In this document: positions 1 to 10,833 of the stretch, in pieces | Layout of the letters: every line of letters begins with the position of its first letter | How positions within the stretch are numbered: position 1 is the stretch's first letter | Assembly (NCBI GenBank): GCA_963710605.1 | Contig: CAVQBA010000004.1 | Location: 1 to 64,000 of the forward strand | Length of the DNA stretch: 64,000 bases | Source of the DNA: an uncultured cyanobacterium | GTDB lineage: Bacteria > Cyanobacteriota > Cyanobacteriia > Cyanobacteriales > Cyanobacteriaceae | Direction: 5' to 3' | Translations under genes and position numbers: made by a program | The notes under the pieces: model-generated | Databases searched by the model: none | Seen by the model: only the letters and a program-made list of their open reading frames with translations | What the model was told of the DNA's origin: nothing

Positions 1-260
1 TATCCGTAGTAGAATGCTTCAACAACACCCGGCCCTACTGAGCGTTTACCTCGATCGGGTTTTGTAACCACATGAATCCAAGGATATTTCTGAGCAGATT
101 CGGCTAATATCTGAGGAGTTTTATCTGTTGAGCCGTCATCGACAATTAACCACTCTGTGGGGGTGATAATTTGATTGGCTACAGACTCGATCGTTTTTTC
201 TAGATAATGTTCTTCGTTTCTGACAGGAGAAATCAGAACAATTTTGGGAGTTTGGCTCAT
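1..260 (-). CDS. Glycosyltransferase family 2 protein, partial (runs off window start)
   Basis: Manual translation from ATG at 260: MSQTPKIVLISPVRNEEHYLEKTIESVANQ...WLIVDDGSTDKT, a GT-A/GT2 N-terminal motif. Confidence 0.85.
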   Translation of the reverse strand, partial: MSQTPKIVLISPVRNEEHYLEKTIESVANQIITPTEWLIVDDGSTDKTPQILAESAQKYPWIHVVTKPDRGKRSVGPGVVEAFYYG

Positions 261-369
261 GAGTAAAAAGTAATCAATAATGAATGATTAGTAATTAGTA
301 ATTGGTAATCAATACCTACAATTATCGAATATTACCTATTGCCATTTTACTGATTATTGATCAATAAGC

Positions 370-404
370 AAAAAAAAAGAGCGGAAAATAAAATTTCTAC
401 TCTT
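370..404 (-). terminator. Probable intrinsic terminator after apcC
   Basis: Minus strand AAGAGTAGAAA-TTTTAT-TTTCCGCTCTT hairpin followed by a long T run, about 25 nt past the apcC stop. Confidence 0.65.
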
Positions 405-429
405 AAATGACTAAATTGTATTCAGTTTT

Positions 430-633
430 TTATTTCAAACCAGCGTTAGCACCGGGTTTACCAGTTGCTAATTCAACATTAACGATCGAACCACCCATTT
501 TCTGAATTCTTTGTTGTTCTTTGAACCAGTTATCATAAGGTACTAATTTAGTAAAATATGTATTTTGTAGTTCTCTTTGAGTTCTGATTCTGGTTTGGCT
601 TGGTACACAAGCGGTTACTTTAAACATTCTCAT
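430..633 (-). CDS. apcC: Phycobilisome small core linker polypeptide LC7.8
   Basis: MRMFKVTACVPSQTRIRTQRELQNTYFTKLVPYDNWF; lies downstream of apcAB. Confidence 0.98.
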   Translation of the reverse strand: MRMFKVTACVPSQTRIRTQRELQNTYFTKLVPYDNWFKEQQRIQKMGGSIVNVELATGKPGANAGLK

Positions 634-1008
634 GGTGGGGTGAATCTCCTTAGTGATTACTAAATTCGAGTGTTAAAAAATATTATACTTTGAAAAAGAA
701 TCCTTACTCAATCTATTTATCGTCTGAACTTTATCAAAATTATTTAGTTGCTAAAGTATCAAATTGACAATCAAGAAAAGAATTTTGTCAATTAAGAAAT
801 TATCTTAAAAATTAAAAGGGAATTAACGTTATTAAAAAAAATTATGATTATTATCGATAATTAAATACTGTTTTTCACGGTTAGGAGTCAAGAGTCAATA
901 CCAAATCAATTAAGACAAGAAAATGCTTTTAACTAAACTAGCACTCACTCCAGACTTTCCTAACCTAAATAACTAACTAACTATGTAGTTAATTACAATA
1001 ACTAATTA

Positions 1009-1494
1009 CTAGCTTAAACCAGAACAGATGTAGTCAAAGTAAACACCCATTTCTTTACCAGCATCACTACCTACTAATGAAGCAGTTACTTCTTTCATAG
1101 CTTGGATAGCTTGAATAGTAGAGCTAGAAGGTACACCTAAAGAATTGTAGGTTTCTTTTAAACCATTTAGTACACGTTCGTCTAAAATTGACGCATCACC
1201 AGCTAACATAGCGTAGGTAGAATAACGTAAATAATAGTCTAAGTCACGAATACAAGCGGCGTAACGACGAGTGGTGTACATATTGCCACCAGGACGAGTT
1301 ACATCAGAGTATAACAATGATTTAGCGACAGCTTCTTTAACGATTGTTGCGGCGTTAGCACTAATTACACTAGCGGCACGAACACGAAGTTGACCTGTTT
1401 GGAAATATCCTTTTAATTTATCTAACGCACCAGAATCCAAGTATTTACCTTGTACGTCAGAAGAGTTGATTACAGAAGTAATTGCGTCTTGCAT
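1009..1494 (-). CDS. apcB: Allophycocyanin beta subunit
   Basis: [20 protein letters not shown]...[23 protein letters not shown], 161 aa. Confidence 0.99.
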   Translation of the reverse strand: MQDAITSVINSSDVQGKYLDSGALDKLKGYFQTGQLRVRAASVISANAATIVKEAVAKSLLYSDVTRPGGNMYTTRRYAACIRDLDYYLRYSTYAMLAGDASILDERVLNGLKETYNSLGVPSSSTIQAIQAMKEVTASLVGSDAGKEMGVYFDYICSGLS

Positions 1495-1581
1495 TATTGT
1501 TTTCCTTTTTTTACTTAACTAATTTTTGCTTAATTTTTTGAGCTAACTCAAATTATTACGTCAATAGGATGGACGTTAAAC

Positions 1582-2067
1582 CTATTGCATAGCACCGATT
1601 ACATAATCAAAGTAGCCGCCTGCTTCTGATGAGTCATCAGAGGACATTAAACCACCAGCGATTTCTTTCATTTCACGTACACTTTGAGCTACTGCACCAA
1701 TGTCAGTACCTAAAGATTTGTACATTTCTTTTACGCCTACTAAACCAATTTCTTCAATTGGGGTAACGTCACCAGCTACTACTCCGTAGGTGATTAGACG
1801 TAAATAGTAGTCCATGTCACGCAAACAAGTTGCTGTCATTTCTTCACCATAAGCGTTTCCACCTGGGGAAACAACATCAGGACGTTTTTGGAATAAACGA
1901 TCGCCTGCTTCTTTGATAATACGCTCACGAGCACCTGTTAAGGTCTCAGCAATGCGTAAACGACTTTCGCCTGTGGAAACAAAAGATTTAATTCTGTCTA
2001 ACTCACCGGGGCTTAAGTAACGTGCTTCTGCGTCAGCATTCACGATGGATTTCGTGACTATACTCAT
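1582..2067 (-). CDS. apcA: Allophycocyanin alpha subunit
   Basis: [27 protein letters not shown]...[14 protein letters not shown], 161 aa. Confidence 0.99.
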   Translation of the reverse strand: MSIVTKSIVNADAEARYLSPGELDRIKSFVSTGESRLRIAETLTGARERIIKEAGDRLFQKRPDVVSPGGNAYGEEMTATCLRDMDYYLRLITYGVVAGDVTPIEEIGLVGVKEMYKSLGTDIGAVAQSVREMKEIAGGLMSSDDSSEAGGYFDYVIGAMQ

Positions 2068-2509
2068 TTATGGATTCCTCCAATTCAAAATTTTTTTAAT
2101 ACTACTTTATCGATTTAACCAGAAATTTAATTACACTGGTATGAAAATCTAGAAATTTTAATCATTTGTTAATGATTTATTATTCCTCGTATCAGTATAA
2201 CTTGTAAATAGTTACAATTACTGATTCGTGGGCAGAAGATATTTTATTATCTCGCATGCAAAATTATTGTGCGACATTTCGACCCCTTTTGTTTCATATT
2301 CTTAATACTTTTTAACAATTCACTCATTAATCACAGAATCTAAAAATGAATCAAATCAAAGGTATTGATTATTATCTCTAATATCTAAAGCAAGAATTCT
2401 ATGTAATTACATCACAAAAGGATTGAGCAAAAAAAAGGAAGTATATTTCTTGATCAATGGTTTAATTGTTAATAATTTATTATTAATTATTGATTATTGA
2501 CTATTAACT

Positions 2510-3571
2510 ATGACCAATATCGATCGATTGCTTTCTAGCTATGATTATGACCTCCCACCTGAACTAATCGCTCAAAATCCAGTTATTCCTAGAGATAGTT
2601 CTCGTTTATTGGTGGTCAAACCCAATCTAGAAGTTAATCACAATACATTTTCTAATTTATCTGAGTTTTTGTCTCCAGGAGACTTATTAGTTTTAAATGA
2701 TACCCGTGTTATTCCTGCTCGTTTATACGGTACAAAATCAACAGGTGCAAAGGTTGAAGTTTTATTAGTTGAACAAAAAACCGATCGTTGTTGGTTGAGT
2801 TTAGTAAAACCGGGTAAACGTTTTAGTTTAGGTACTAAAATTTATTTTGGTGACGAGCCGAATAATCCGATTTTAACCGCAACAGTGATTGCTCAAGATA
2901 AACCAACAGGAGGAAGAATATTAGAATTTGAATTAGCTGATTCTTCTTCTTTTTGGACATTACTCGAAAAAGTAGGTAATGTGCCTTTTCCTCCTTACGT
3001 GACTGATTCTCAAGCATTACCTGAGCAATACCAAACTATTTACGCTCAAAATGATGGAGCGATAGCCGCACCTACAGCAGGGTTGCATTTTACCGAAAAG
3101 TTATTTTCTCAATTAGAAGAAAATCAAGTCAAAATTGCCAAGGTGACTCTTCATGTAGGAATCGGTACTTTTCGCCCTGTGGAGATTGAAAATATTACCG
3201 AACATCAAATGCACCAAGAATGGATTGAGCTTAATCAAGAAACAGTAAATGCGATCGAAGCTACTAAAAAAGCAGGTAGAAAAGTAATCGCAGTAGGTAC
3301 AACTGTAGTCAGAACTTTAGAAGGTGCGTATCAAGCACAACAAAAGTTAGCCCCTTTTCAAGGGAAGACAAATTTATTTATTTACCCTGGTTTTGAATTT
3401 AAAGTTGTTGATGGTTTGATTACTAATTTTCATCTACCTAAATCAAGTTTATTAATGTTAGTTAGTTCATTAATAGGTAGAACAAGATTATTAGATATTT
3501 ATCAAGAAGCGATTAAAGAAAAATATCGGTTTTACTCTTTTGGTGATGCCATGTTTATTTTACCAAAATAA
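2510..3571 (+). CDS. queA: S-adenosylmethionine:tRNA ribosyltransferase-isomerase
   Basis: YDLPPELIAQ, AAPTAGLHFT, TNFHLPKSSL and YRFYSFGDAM motifs. Confidence 0.97.
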   Translation: MTNIDRLLSSYDYDLPPELIAQNPVIPRDSSRLLVVKPNLEVNHNTFSNLSEFLSPGDLLVLNDTRVIPARLYGTKSTGAKVEVLLVEQKTDRCWLSLVKPGKRFSLGTKIYFGDEPNNPILTATVIAQDKPTGGRILEFELADSSSFWTLLEKVGNVPFPPYVTDSQALPEQYQTIYAQNDGAIAAPTAGLHFTEKLFSQLEENQVKIAKVTLHVGIGTFRPVEIENITEHQMHQEWIELNQETVNAIEATKKAGRKVIAVGTTVVRTLEGAYQAQQKLAPFQGKTNLFIYPGFEFKVVDGLITNFHLPKSSLLMLVSSLIGRTRLLDIYQEAIKEKYRFYSFGDAMFILPK

Positions 3572-3656
3572 ATTTATTCATTCAGTGATTCTTGAGTCGG
3601 TGAGTCGGTGACCTGGTGACCTAAAATAATGATTATGAATCAAATAGAATCACTGA

Positions 3657-4634
3657 ATGAAATCAAAGATATTTGTCACAGGTGCAACTGGTTTTGTCGG
3701 AGCAAATTTAGTTCGATTATTACGAGAAAAACAATATCAAGTTAAGGTGCTAGCTCGCTCTAATAGTGATTTAACTAACCTGAAAAATTTGGATGTAGAA
3801 ATAGTTCAAGGAAGTTTAAACGATCGTGATTTAGCTAGTAAAATGAGCGATTGTGATTACTTATTTCATGTAGCGGCACTCTATTCTCTATGGCAAAAAG
3901 ATTGTGATTTGTTACATCAAAGTAATGTACTTGGTACTAAAAATATTCTTCAACAAGCTTTAAAAGCAGGAATCAAAAGAACAGTTTATACTAGTTCGGT
4001 TGCCGCTATTGGAGTAAATAAAGAACAAAAATTAACAGATGAAAATTATCAATCTCCTGTCGAAAAATTGATCGGTAATTATAAAAAATCTAAATATTAT
4101 GCTGAACAAGAAGTAGATAAAGCGATCGCAGTAGGGCAAGATATAGTAATTGTTAATCCGACAACACCGATCGGTGCTTATGACATTAAACCTACTCCGA
4201 CAGGCGAAATTATCCTGCGGTTTCTCACAGGTAATATGCCAGCTTTTGTCAATACAGGGCTTAATTTTATTGATGTACAAGATGTGGCTAAGGGGCATCT
4301 TTTAGCTTTAGAAAAGGGTAAAACAGGTGAACGATATATTTTAGGTAATCAAAATATGAGTTTGCAAGAATTTTTAATTGAGTTAGCTCATATTACTGGT
4401 AAAAAAGCACCTACAATCCAATTACCGTTATGGATTCCTTTAACGGTTGCATTTGCGGATGAATATGTTTTAAGCAAATTAGGAAAAACTCCTTCTGTTG
4501 CTGTTGAGGCGGTCAAAATGTCAGGTCAATATATGTATTATGATTCCACTAAAGCAGTAAAAGAATTAGGATTACCACAAACAGACATCAAAAAAGCTAT
4601 TGCTGATGCAGTCAGATGGTTTGAAAATAATTGA
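3657..4634 (+). CDS. hpnA: Hopanoid-associated sugar epimerase / NAD-dependent dehydratase
   Basis: VTGATGFVGA Rossmann motif, YKKSK, DIKPTPTG motif. Confidence 0.85.
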   Translation: MKSKIFVTGATGFVGANLVRLLREKQYQVKVLARSNSDLTNLKNLDVEIVQGSLNDRDLASKMSDCDYLFHVAALYSLWQKDCDLLHQSNVLGTKNILQQALKAGIKRTVYTSSVAAIGVNKEQKLTDENYQSPVEKLIGNYKKSKYYAEQEVDKAIAVGQDIVIVNPTTPIGAYDIKPTPTGEIILRFLTGNMPAFVNTGLNFIDVQDVAKGHLLALEKGKTGERYILGNQNMSLQEFLIELAHITGKKAPTIQLPLWIPLTVAFADEYVLSKLGKTPSVAVEAVKMSGQYMYYDSTKAVKELGLPQTDIKKAIADAVRWFENN

Positions 4635-4820
4635 CAATTAGCGATCGACAATTAACAATTAGTAATAGAGTATTTTGCGATTGTTATTATTAAGTAAGCC
4701 AAATTTTGGAATCAATTTGGCAAATAATAAATATCATCAAATTGGTCGATCGATTATGCTCGTTATTTAGATAATATTTACGATTAGAAGCCATCATTAA
4801 AAACTAGGAAGTGTGATGTT

Positions 4821-5513
4821 ATGAAAAAAATTAGATCAGTAATTACAAGTTTGGCTATTGCTTTAGTCTTGTTTTTGGGTATCAATACTAGCAGTGTATT
4901 AGCTACAGGTGTTTATGATTTACCTGTTATCAATGCAGGAGAAAACGTATGGGTATATGACAATGCTGATACGGTTAGTCGATCGACCGAAAGTCAATTA
5001 AGTAGTGCATTTAAAAATTTAGCGAAAAACACTGGCGAAGAAGTCAGAATGGTGGTGATTAATCGTCTAGATTATGATACTACGATCGATTCTTTTGCTG
5101 AAGATACTTTCAAAAAATGGTATCCTACCCCAGAAGAACAAGCAAATCAAACTTTACTCGTTTTAGATACTTTAACTAATCGTACAGCAATTGAAACAGG
5201 TACAAATGCGAGTACTTTACTTAATGATGACATAAGCGAAAGTATCATGAAAGAAACCATGGCCGAACCATTAAAAAACTTACAATATAACCAATCATTA
5301 GTTGATGCAAGTGAGCGTATGATAGCGGTGTTATCAGGATTAGAAGACCCCGGTTCACCCGAAATTAAAGAGTTAAATATTGAAGGTACATTTACCACAG
5401 CAGAAGAAACAGACGATCGTAGTGCTACTGTATGGACGATCGTTTTATTACTCTTAGCGACTGTTATACCAATGGTTACTTACTTTTGGTATGTCGGTTT
5501 TCCGGGTAATTAA
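4821..5513 (+). CDS. psb32: Photosystem II repair protein Psb32 (TPM domain, TLP18.3-like)
   Basis: Signal peptide, TPM domain, C-terminal EETDDRSATVW...ATVIPMVTYFWY anchor. Confidence 0.85.
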   Translation: MKKIRSVITSLAIALVLFLGINTSSVLATGVYDLPVINAGENVWVYDNADTVSRSTESQLSSAFKNLAKNTGEEVRMVVINRLDYDTTIDSFAEDTFKKWYPTPEEQANQTLLVLDTLTNRTAIETGTNASTLLNDDISESIMKETMAEPLKNLQYNQSLVDASERMIAVLSGLEDPGSPEIKELNIEGTFTTAEETDDRSATVWTIVLLLLATVIPMVTYFWYVGFPGN

Positions 5514-5587
5514 GGGTATAATTAAAAAAAATAAAGTATTATACTTTATATTGAAGGTTAATTATAAAAAAGCTATCAGGAAAGAAG

Positions 5588-5842
5588 ATGTTAACAGATC
5601 CTTTTGCGATTAGGTACTATCAAAAACTAACTGACGGCATGGTGGATTTATGGGATAGAGGCAGTCGCTATGAAGAGCTTCGTGTCTATATGGAGGGTTA
5701 TTTAGCTTGTTTACGTCAAACAAAAGTCGTAGAAGGTTATTTAATCCATCGTCTAGAAGAAGAAGCTTTTCGTTTCCTAAGAGACCCATCTAATTTTGAA
5801 TCTCTCATGCCTCAACTTCAAAGAGAAACAGACTATTATTAA
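5588..5842 (+). CDS. Conserved cyanobacterial hypothetical protein (DUF6761-like)
   Basis: IRYYQKLTDGMVDLW...IHRLEEEAFRFLRDPSNF pattern. Confidence 0.7.
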   Translation: MLTDPFAIRYYQKLTDGMVDLWDRGSRYEELRVYMEGYLACLRQTKVVEGYLIHRLEEEAFRFLRDPSNFESLMPQLQRETDYY

Positions 5843-6165
5843 TTCTTATATGCTTTGATTTGTTTACGAATACATTACTTGTTCAGAGTAATAAACATAA
5901 AAGTGAAGTTTTTTAAAAAATTTTTAGTTTTCCATAAAAAATAAATATAGTAACAAGCGTAAATTTCGTTTTTATCATTTCGTCGTTGACATCAAAGTAC
6001 AAGAAATTTAAATTTAATCATCAGGTAAGTATTTATTTTTACTTACCTTTTCTTTTAGCGATATCTTTAAATAGTTAAGAATAAAATACCTTAGGGTAGA
6101 TACGATTCCTAAAAAAGTGAATTTTGAACAATACAAAGTAACTCTGTAATTATTTTAATCGTTGA

Positions 6166-7336
6166 CTATCTTTTTTTTAAATTTCCCCAGTGATAAGTAT
6201 CGTTTGTGGCAACTAAAATTAATACAGTTAGTACAACTGCCATAATGGTTTGAAATGCCAGATTGAATTTAGCAAACAAACCTAACCCAATTACTACTCC
6301 GCACGCCAAACGATTCGGAATATATTTTCTGAGGATTTTTCTGAGAAATAATTACCTGAATCGCACTCATAGTTAGCAGAAAACCAGCTACACCAGCCAA
6401 TAGAACATTTTCAATTGCTTTAACATCGATCGATTCGGAGTGTTCGGGATTTACAGCAGAGTGTAATCCATATTCTAAACTGATGACGATCGCCGAAAGT
6501 GACAAAAACACAAAAAACTGTCCGTAACCAAAAATAAAAGTTTTCAACATATTGTGAGATAAATTAGTTGAAAAACCAAAACCACAATCAAAATAAATCC
6601 ACCACAGGGCAATGATTATGCCAAAAGCGAGTGCTAAGGGGATGAAAGTATCGGTAGATAGAGGGAAAGATATATTATGTCCGATCGCAACTACCCCTTC
6701 ACCAAGTAAAATAATTGTAAATAAACCATGTCTTTCGATAATATGACCAGTATGAACGGGAACTTTACCTTGCATTTGATACCAAGCTAGTATAGAACCG
6801 ATTGCTTCAGATAAAATTGCCAATATCCAGAAAATAAGTTTAATTTTACCTTCTACTAAAAGCGATAAGGCAATTAGTAAAGTCCCAATTGAATAACTAA
6901 TCAGAAAATGTCTTGCCATTATTTTAGATTGGGATTTTCGCCAAACTCTACTCCATAAATAAAGTAAAATACACTCGGCGATAAAATAGTAAAAGGTAAA
7001 GTGATTATAACTATTAGCTAAAATCTCTTCAATACTAGCAGACAAGCCGATTACACAAAAAATAGACAGTAAAAAGCTCAATCTAAAGGGTATGTCGTTA
7101 TTATCAAAAAGGGTGGTGTACCAAGTAAAACGATTCCAAAGCCAAAAGATAGAGAAAAACACTCCTGAATAAACTAACAAACTATTAATTGAAAAACCAG
7201 TTTCAAATATTTTGGTAGTCGAACTAATTGCCAAAACAAAACCTAAATCGACAAATAGTTCTAGCCAGCTAGCCTGTCTGTGTGCCTCGTCCGAATTACG
7301 AATGGCGATCGGTTGTATCCAGGGAAATTTGCTCAT
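6166..7336 (-). CDS. Low temperature requirement protein A family membrane protein; apparent frameshift near 6318
   Basis: SWLELFVDLGFV and ERHGLFTIILLGE motifs; an alternative frame supplies two more hydrophobic helices (RLACGVVIGLGLF...AVVLTVLILVAT) ending in TAG at 6166-6168. Confidence 0.8.
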
Positions 7337-7520
7337 AGTTTAATTTAAACACGCTGCCGACTCTCAAACGCTAAGCTTGTTTAATTGAGATGTTGACTTT
7401 TAGATAGAATTCAATTACCAGTTTACATTCATCTGCTATTCAAAGATAGGAGACTAAAGATAGTAAGTAGTATTAACCTAATAATACAAAATAAATACTA
7501 GCGATCGTGCTTTATAACCG

Positions 7521-7973
7521 TTATTTAGTCGATTGATGTTGGCTAACGTATTGGCAGAAAAACTCTTTCATGTCGGGAGACTGAGTGCAATCGAATCCCA
7601 TTTGTTTACCTTTTTCCATCGCCTCTTCTGCCGATAAACCTTCTTGGGTAGCAATATACATTAGAGAAAATGCTGCCGAACGTAAACCACTTTTACAATG
7701 TGCTAATAGAGGTTTGGGAAGTAGGTCGATTTGCTGAAGTACTCGATCTGCCAGTTCTTTGTTGATACTATCGGGTTTGACAGGAATATTGATGTAATCT
7801 AATCCCGCAGTTTTTGCTCGTTCTGCTTCGTCTTCTAAAAATCCCTCTTCTTGAGGAGATTGCAAATTTAGTACCGATTTATAACCTTCTTGTGCGGCTT
7901 GTTGCAATTGTTGGGCTGATAGTTGTACTGTCGCTATAGCCAAGTTTTTGTTGATTTTGTTGACGTTTTCCAT
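7521..7973 (-). CDS. DUF442/TIGR01244-like phosphatase-fold protein (putative sulfurtransferase)
   Basis: GYKSVLNL, GLDYINIPV, LAHCKSGLRS (HCxSGxR) active loop. Confidence 0.8.
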   Translation of the reverse strand: MENVNKINKNLAIATVQLSAQQLQQAAQEGYKSVLNLQSPQEEGFLEDEAERAKTAGLDYINIPVKPDSINKELADRVLQQIDLLPKPLLAHCKSGLRSAAFSLMYIATQEGLSAEEAMEKGKQMGFDCTQSPDMKEFFCQYVSQHQSTK

Positions 7974-8043
7974 AATTATTCGATTTAGATTGATGTTTTT
8001 ACTCTTAAGCTAATTTACTTTACTCATGTTATCCCCTACCCAG

Positions 8044-8574
8044 CTAAACCCACCAAGGTTTTTGTCCCGTACGGGGGTCGTTTTCTGTCCAAGGTGAGAG
8101 CAAAATACGATCGTCTGTTACTTTGACTCGCACTAGCTTTAAGGGAAGAGGTGCAGGACCTTTGACTACAGAACCATCAGCCGCATAACGAGAACCATGA
8201 CAGGGACATTGAAATTGATTGTCATTGGAATTCCAAGGAAAAGTACAACCTAGATGGGTACAGTTATCGACAATCCCCATTGTCTCTAGCTGACCTTTTT
8301 CTACGATCGTTAAATAAGTGGGTTCTCCAGCTAATCCTGCTACTAAAGCACGAGTTCGGATAGGTTCTGCCAAAATCTGACTGGCAGGAATCGGATTTCC
8401 TAAGCGATCTTTAGCAATAATGGCACCATCTTCATTACCTTCTGCTGGAGGAATAAAGAATTTTGCAATCGGATAAAGTACACCACCTGCGGTAGTTGCT
8501 ACAACTGCACCAGTGAGAAAATTAAGTAATTGTCGGCGTGACATTGAAGGGCATTCTAAAGGGATTTCTTCCAT
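8044..8574 (-). CDS. petC: Cytochrome b6f Rieske iron-sulfur protein, second copy (PetC2-like)
   Basis: SRRQLL Tat motif, CTHLGC and CPCHGS boxes; likely start MEEIPLECPSM at 8574. Confidence 0.92.
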   Translation of the reverse strand: MEEIPLECPSMSRRQLLNFLTGAVVATTAGGVLYPIAKFFIPPAEGNEDGAIIAKDRLGNPIPASQILAEPIRTRALVAGLAGEPTYLTIVEKGQLETMGIVDNCTHLGCTFPWNSNDNQFQCPCHGSRYAADGSVVKGPAPLPLKLVRVKVTDDRILLSPWTENDPRTGQKPWWV

Positions 8575-8654
8575 AGTATCTTTACCTCTTTTAGTTAATA
8601 GGATTGAAAAGTAGTTATCTATGAAAATGATAGTCAATTTTCTGTAAGGTATTC

Positions 8655-8669
8655 TGTGATAAAGTCACA
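8655..8669. promoter_or_regulatory. Palindromic Crp/Fnr-type operator candidate TGTGA-N5-TCACA
   Basis: TGTGATAAAGTCACA between the Crp/Fnr gene stop and the petC2 start; CRP half-sites with a 5-bp rather than 6-bp spacer. Confidence 0.55.
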
Positions 8670-8691
8670 TAAGCTCTAAGATTAAAAATAT

Positions 8692-9366
8692 TTATGTTTG
8701 GGCGATTTTACTAATTTCTGACCGATTTTTTAGTTCTATGAGTCCTCGCGAGATAGATAATAATCCTTGTCGTTCAAAAGTTTTGAGAATACGACTGACT
8801 ACTTCTCTAGAACTCCCTAACTCTCGTGCGATCGCCTCATGGGTTATTCGTAAATTTAGATTACTATCGCTATTTTTTAAAAGATATGTTGCAATTCGAC
8901 AATCCAGCCGTTGAAAGGTAACCTCTTCAATTATTTCAATAACATTAGCTAACCGTTGGGCGAGTAACCCAAAAATATATTCTTGCCAAATGGGGTCGTG
9001 CATTACCCATTCTTTTAAGCTATTTGCAGGAACAATAAAAGCCTCAACTTCAGTTTCAGTAATGGCAAATGCAGGAAATACTTTTTGACTGATAATGCTA
9101 GAAGCTGTCAGAATACAGCTATCACCTTGCTCTAAATGATAAAGAGTAATTTCTCTACCACTTTCTCCTATTTTATAAACCCGCACGCTTCCAGAAATCA
9201 CTAATGGCAAATGATTGCATAGATCGCCTTCTAAACAAACAAAATGACCTGCCAACAAGCGTATGTATTGACCTCTCATCAGTGTATCTGTTTGGCTTTT
9301 CTGGTCTAGTTTCTCCCAAAAAGAAAATAGTGAAGCTAGGGTTGTGGTGAGTGTTTGATTCATCAA
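8692..9366 (-). CDS. Crp/Fnr family transcriptional regulator
   Basis: cNMP-like domain (SGSVRVYKIGESGREITLY) and HTH THEAIARELGSSREVVSRILK. Confidence 0.93.
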   Translation of the reverse strand: MMNQTLTTTLASLFSFWEKLDQKSQTDTLMRGQYIRLLAGHFVCLEGDLCNHLPLVISGSVRVYKIGESGREITLYHLEQGDSCILTASSIISQKVFPAFAITETEVEAFIVPANSLKEWVMHDPIWQEYIFGLLAQRLANVIEIIEEVTFQRLDCRIATYLLKNSDSNLNLRITHEAIARELGSSREVVSRILKTFERQGLLSISRGLIELKNRSEISKIAQT

Positions 9367-9547
9367 TATAAAATCTAATGGTATAGTTTACCTTGTCCAT
9401 GAGCGATCGCATATACTTAGTCTAAACTAAATCTTTCTACTGCTACTTGCACAATCACGAGAAGCCGTAGCAATCACTTTCCATTCTTCTTTCTAAAAAT
9501 GGTAAATTAGTAAAGAAATAGGTGAGATTGAGTAATAAAAATTTACA

Positions 9548-10420
9548 ATGAAATGTGTTGTTAATCGTCGAGCAAAATTTAGTGCCAGTCACCGTTATTG
9601 GTTATCAGAATTGTCAGCCGAAGAAAACTGGAATCGTTTTGGGGCTAATAGTCGTTTTCCAGGGCATGGACATAATTATGTTTTGTATGTATCTTTAATT
9701 GGTGAATTAGATCAATATGGTATGGTGCAAAATCTTTCTGATGTCAAAAAGGTGATCAAAAAAGAAATAACTAACCAATTAGATTACAGCTATCTCAACG
9801 ATACTTGGGCTGAATTTAGCGAAATTTTACCAACAACAGAAAGTATCGCTAAAACTATTTGGGAGCGATTAAGCAATCATCTACAATTGGTGGATATAAA
9901 ATTATACGAACACGATCAACTTTGGGTTAATTACCGAGGAAATAATATGGAAGCAACTTTATCAGTACAAACACATTTTAGTGCGGCACATCGTTTGGCT
10001 TTACCTGAATTAAGTTTGGCAGAAAATACCGAAATCTATGGTAAATGTGCTAGGGAGAATGGGCATGGGCATAATTATCATTTAGAAATATCTGTAGTAG
10101 GTGAAATAGACGATCGTACTGGTATGATTGTTGATTTGGGAGACTTAGAAAAAGTAATTGAGGATTATGTAGTTGAACCTTTTGATCATACTTTTTTAAA
10201 TAAAGATATTCCTTACTTTGCCTCAATTGTACCTACTGCTGAGAATATTGCTGTTTATATTGTTCAATTATTACAAGAACCGATCGCACTTTTAGGCGTA
10301 GAATTAGAAAAAGTTAAATTGATTGAAAGCCCGAATAATTCGTGTGAAATTTATTGTCGTCAGCAAGAATTAAAAGATTTGAGTAATAACCAATCAACTC
10401 AAAATAAAGTGTTAATTTAG
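9548..10420 (+). CDS. queD: 6-carboxytetrahydropterin / 6-pyruvoyl-tetrahydropterin synthase, tandem-domain cyanobacterial type
   Basis: Two PTPS domains, each with F.AxHR and GHGHNY. Confidence 0.8.
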   Translation: MKCVVNRRAKFSASHRYWLSELSAEENWNRFGANSRFPGHGHNYVLYVSLIGELDQYGMVQNLSDVKKVIKKEITNQLDYSYLNDTWAEFSEILPTTESIAKTIWERLSNHLQLVDIKLYEHDQLWVNYRGNNMEATLSVQTHFSAAHRLALPELSLAENTEIYGKCARENGHGHNYHLEISVVGEIDDRTGMIVDLGDLEKVIEDYVVEPFDHTFLNKDIPYFASIVPTAENIAVYIVQLLQEPIALLGVELEKVKLIESPNNSCEIYCRQQELKDLSNNQSTQNKVLI

Positions 10421-10670
10421 TTAATTAAGATTCTCCACTCGCTCAATTTATAATTTGTCAGATTTAGGTGAGGCTTGATTCGATTTTGATTCGTTAGAAA
10501 ATTTAAAAGGTTGGTTGGAAAATAATAAGTAATAATTAAAAGTGCGTATCGATCGAACTAAAAGCTAGACACTGCGTAATCAAAGGGCACTCGTGCAAAG
10601 GTAATTTTAGAAGTAGGGTAAAGGACTACCACCAAAATTAATAACGCCAATCAATGGAGTCTTTGTAAGG

Positions 10671-10833
10671 CAGGGCTGATTCATTGTAAAATTTTGTAAC
10701 TTATACAACGTTAGAAATAGCCGTAAATGTAGCTGTTTTTTTCTAAAATAAAAACACATATAACCACTCTCGACATGGTATAGTAATAATAGCTTCTAGC
10801 TATTTTCTTCTTCCTTTGAACATCTCAGTCCTG
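10671..10833. mobile_element. MITE, 163 bp, with 10-bp target-site duplication
   Basis: CTTTGTAAGG at 10661-10670 and 10834-10843; termini CAGGGCTGA / TCAGTCCTG are imperfect inverted repeats. Confidence 0.75.

Noticed and set aside
2510-10420. queA and queD-like genes as a queuosine or 7-deazaguanine DNA-modification cluster
   Set aside because: 6 kb apart, separated by unrelated genes; no queC/queE/dpd genes in the window
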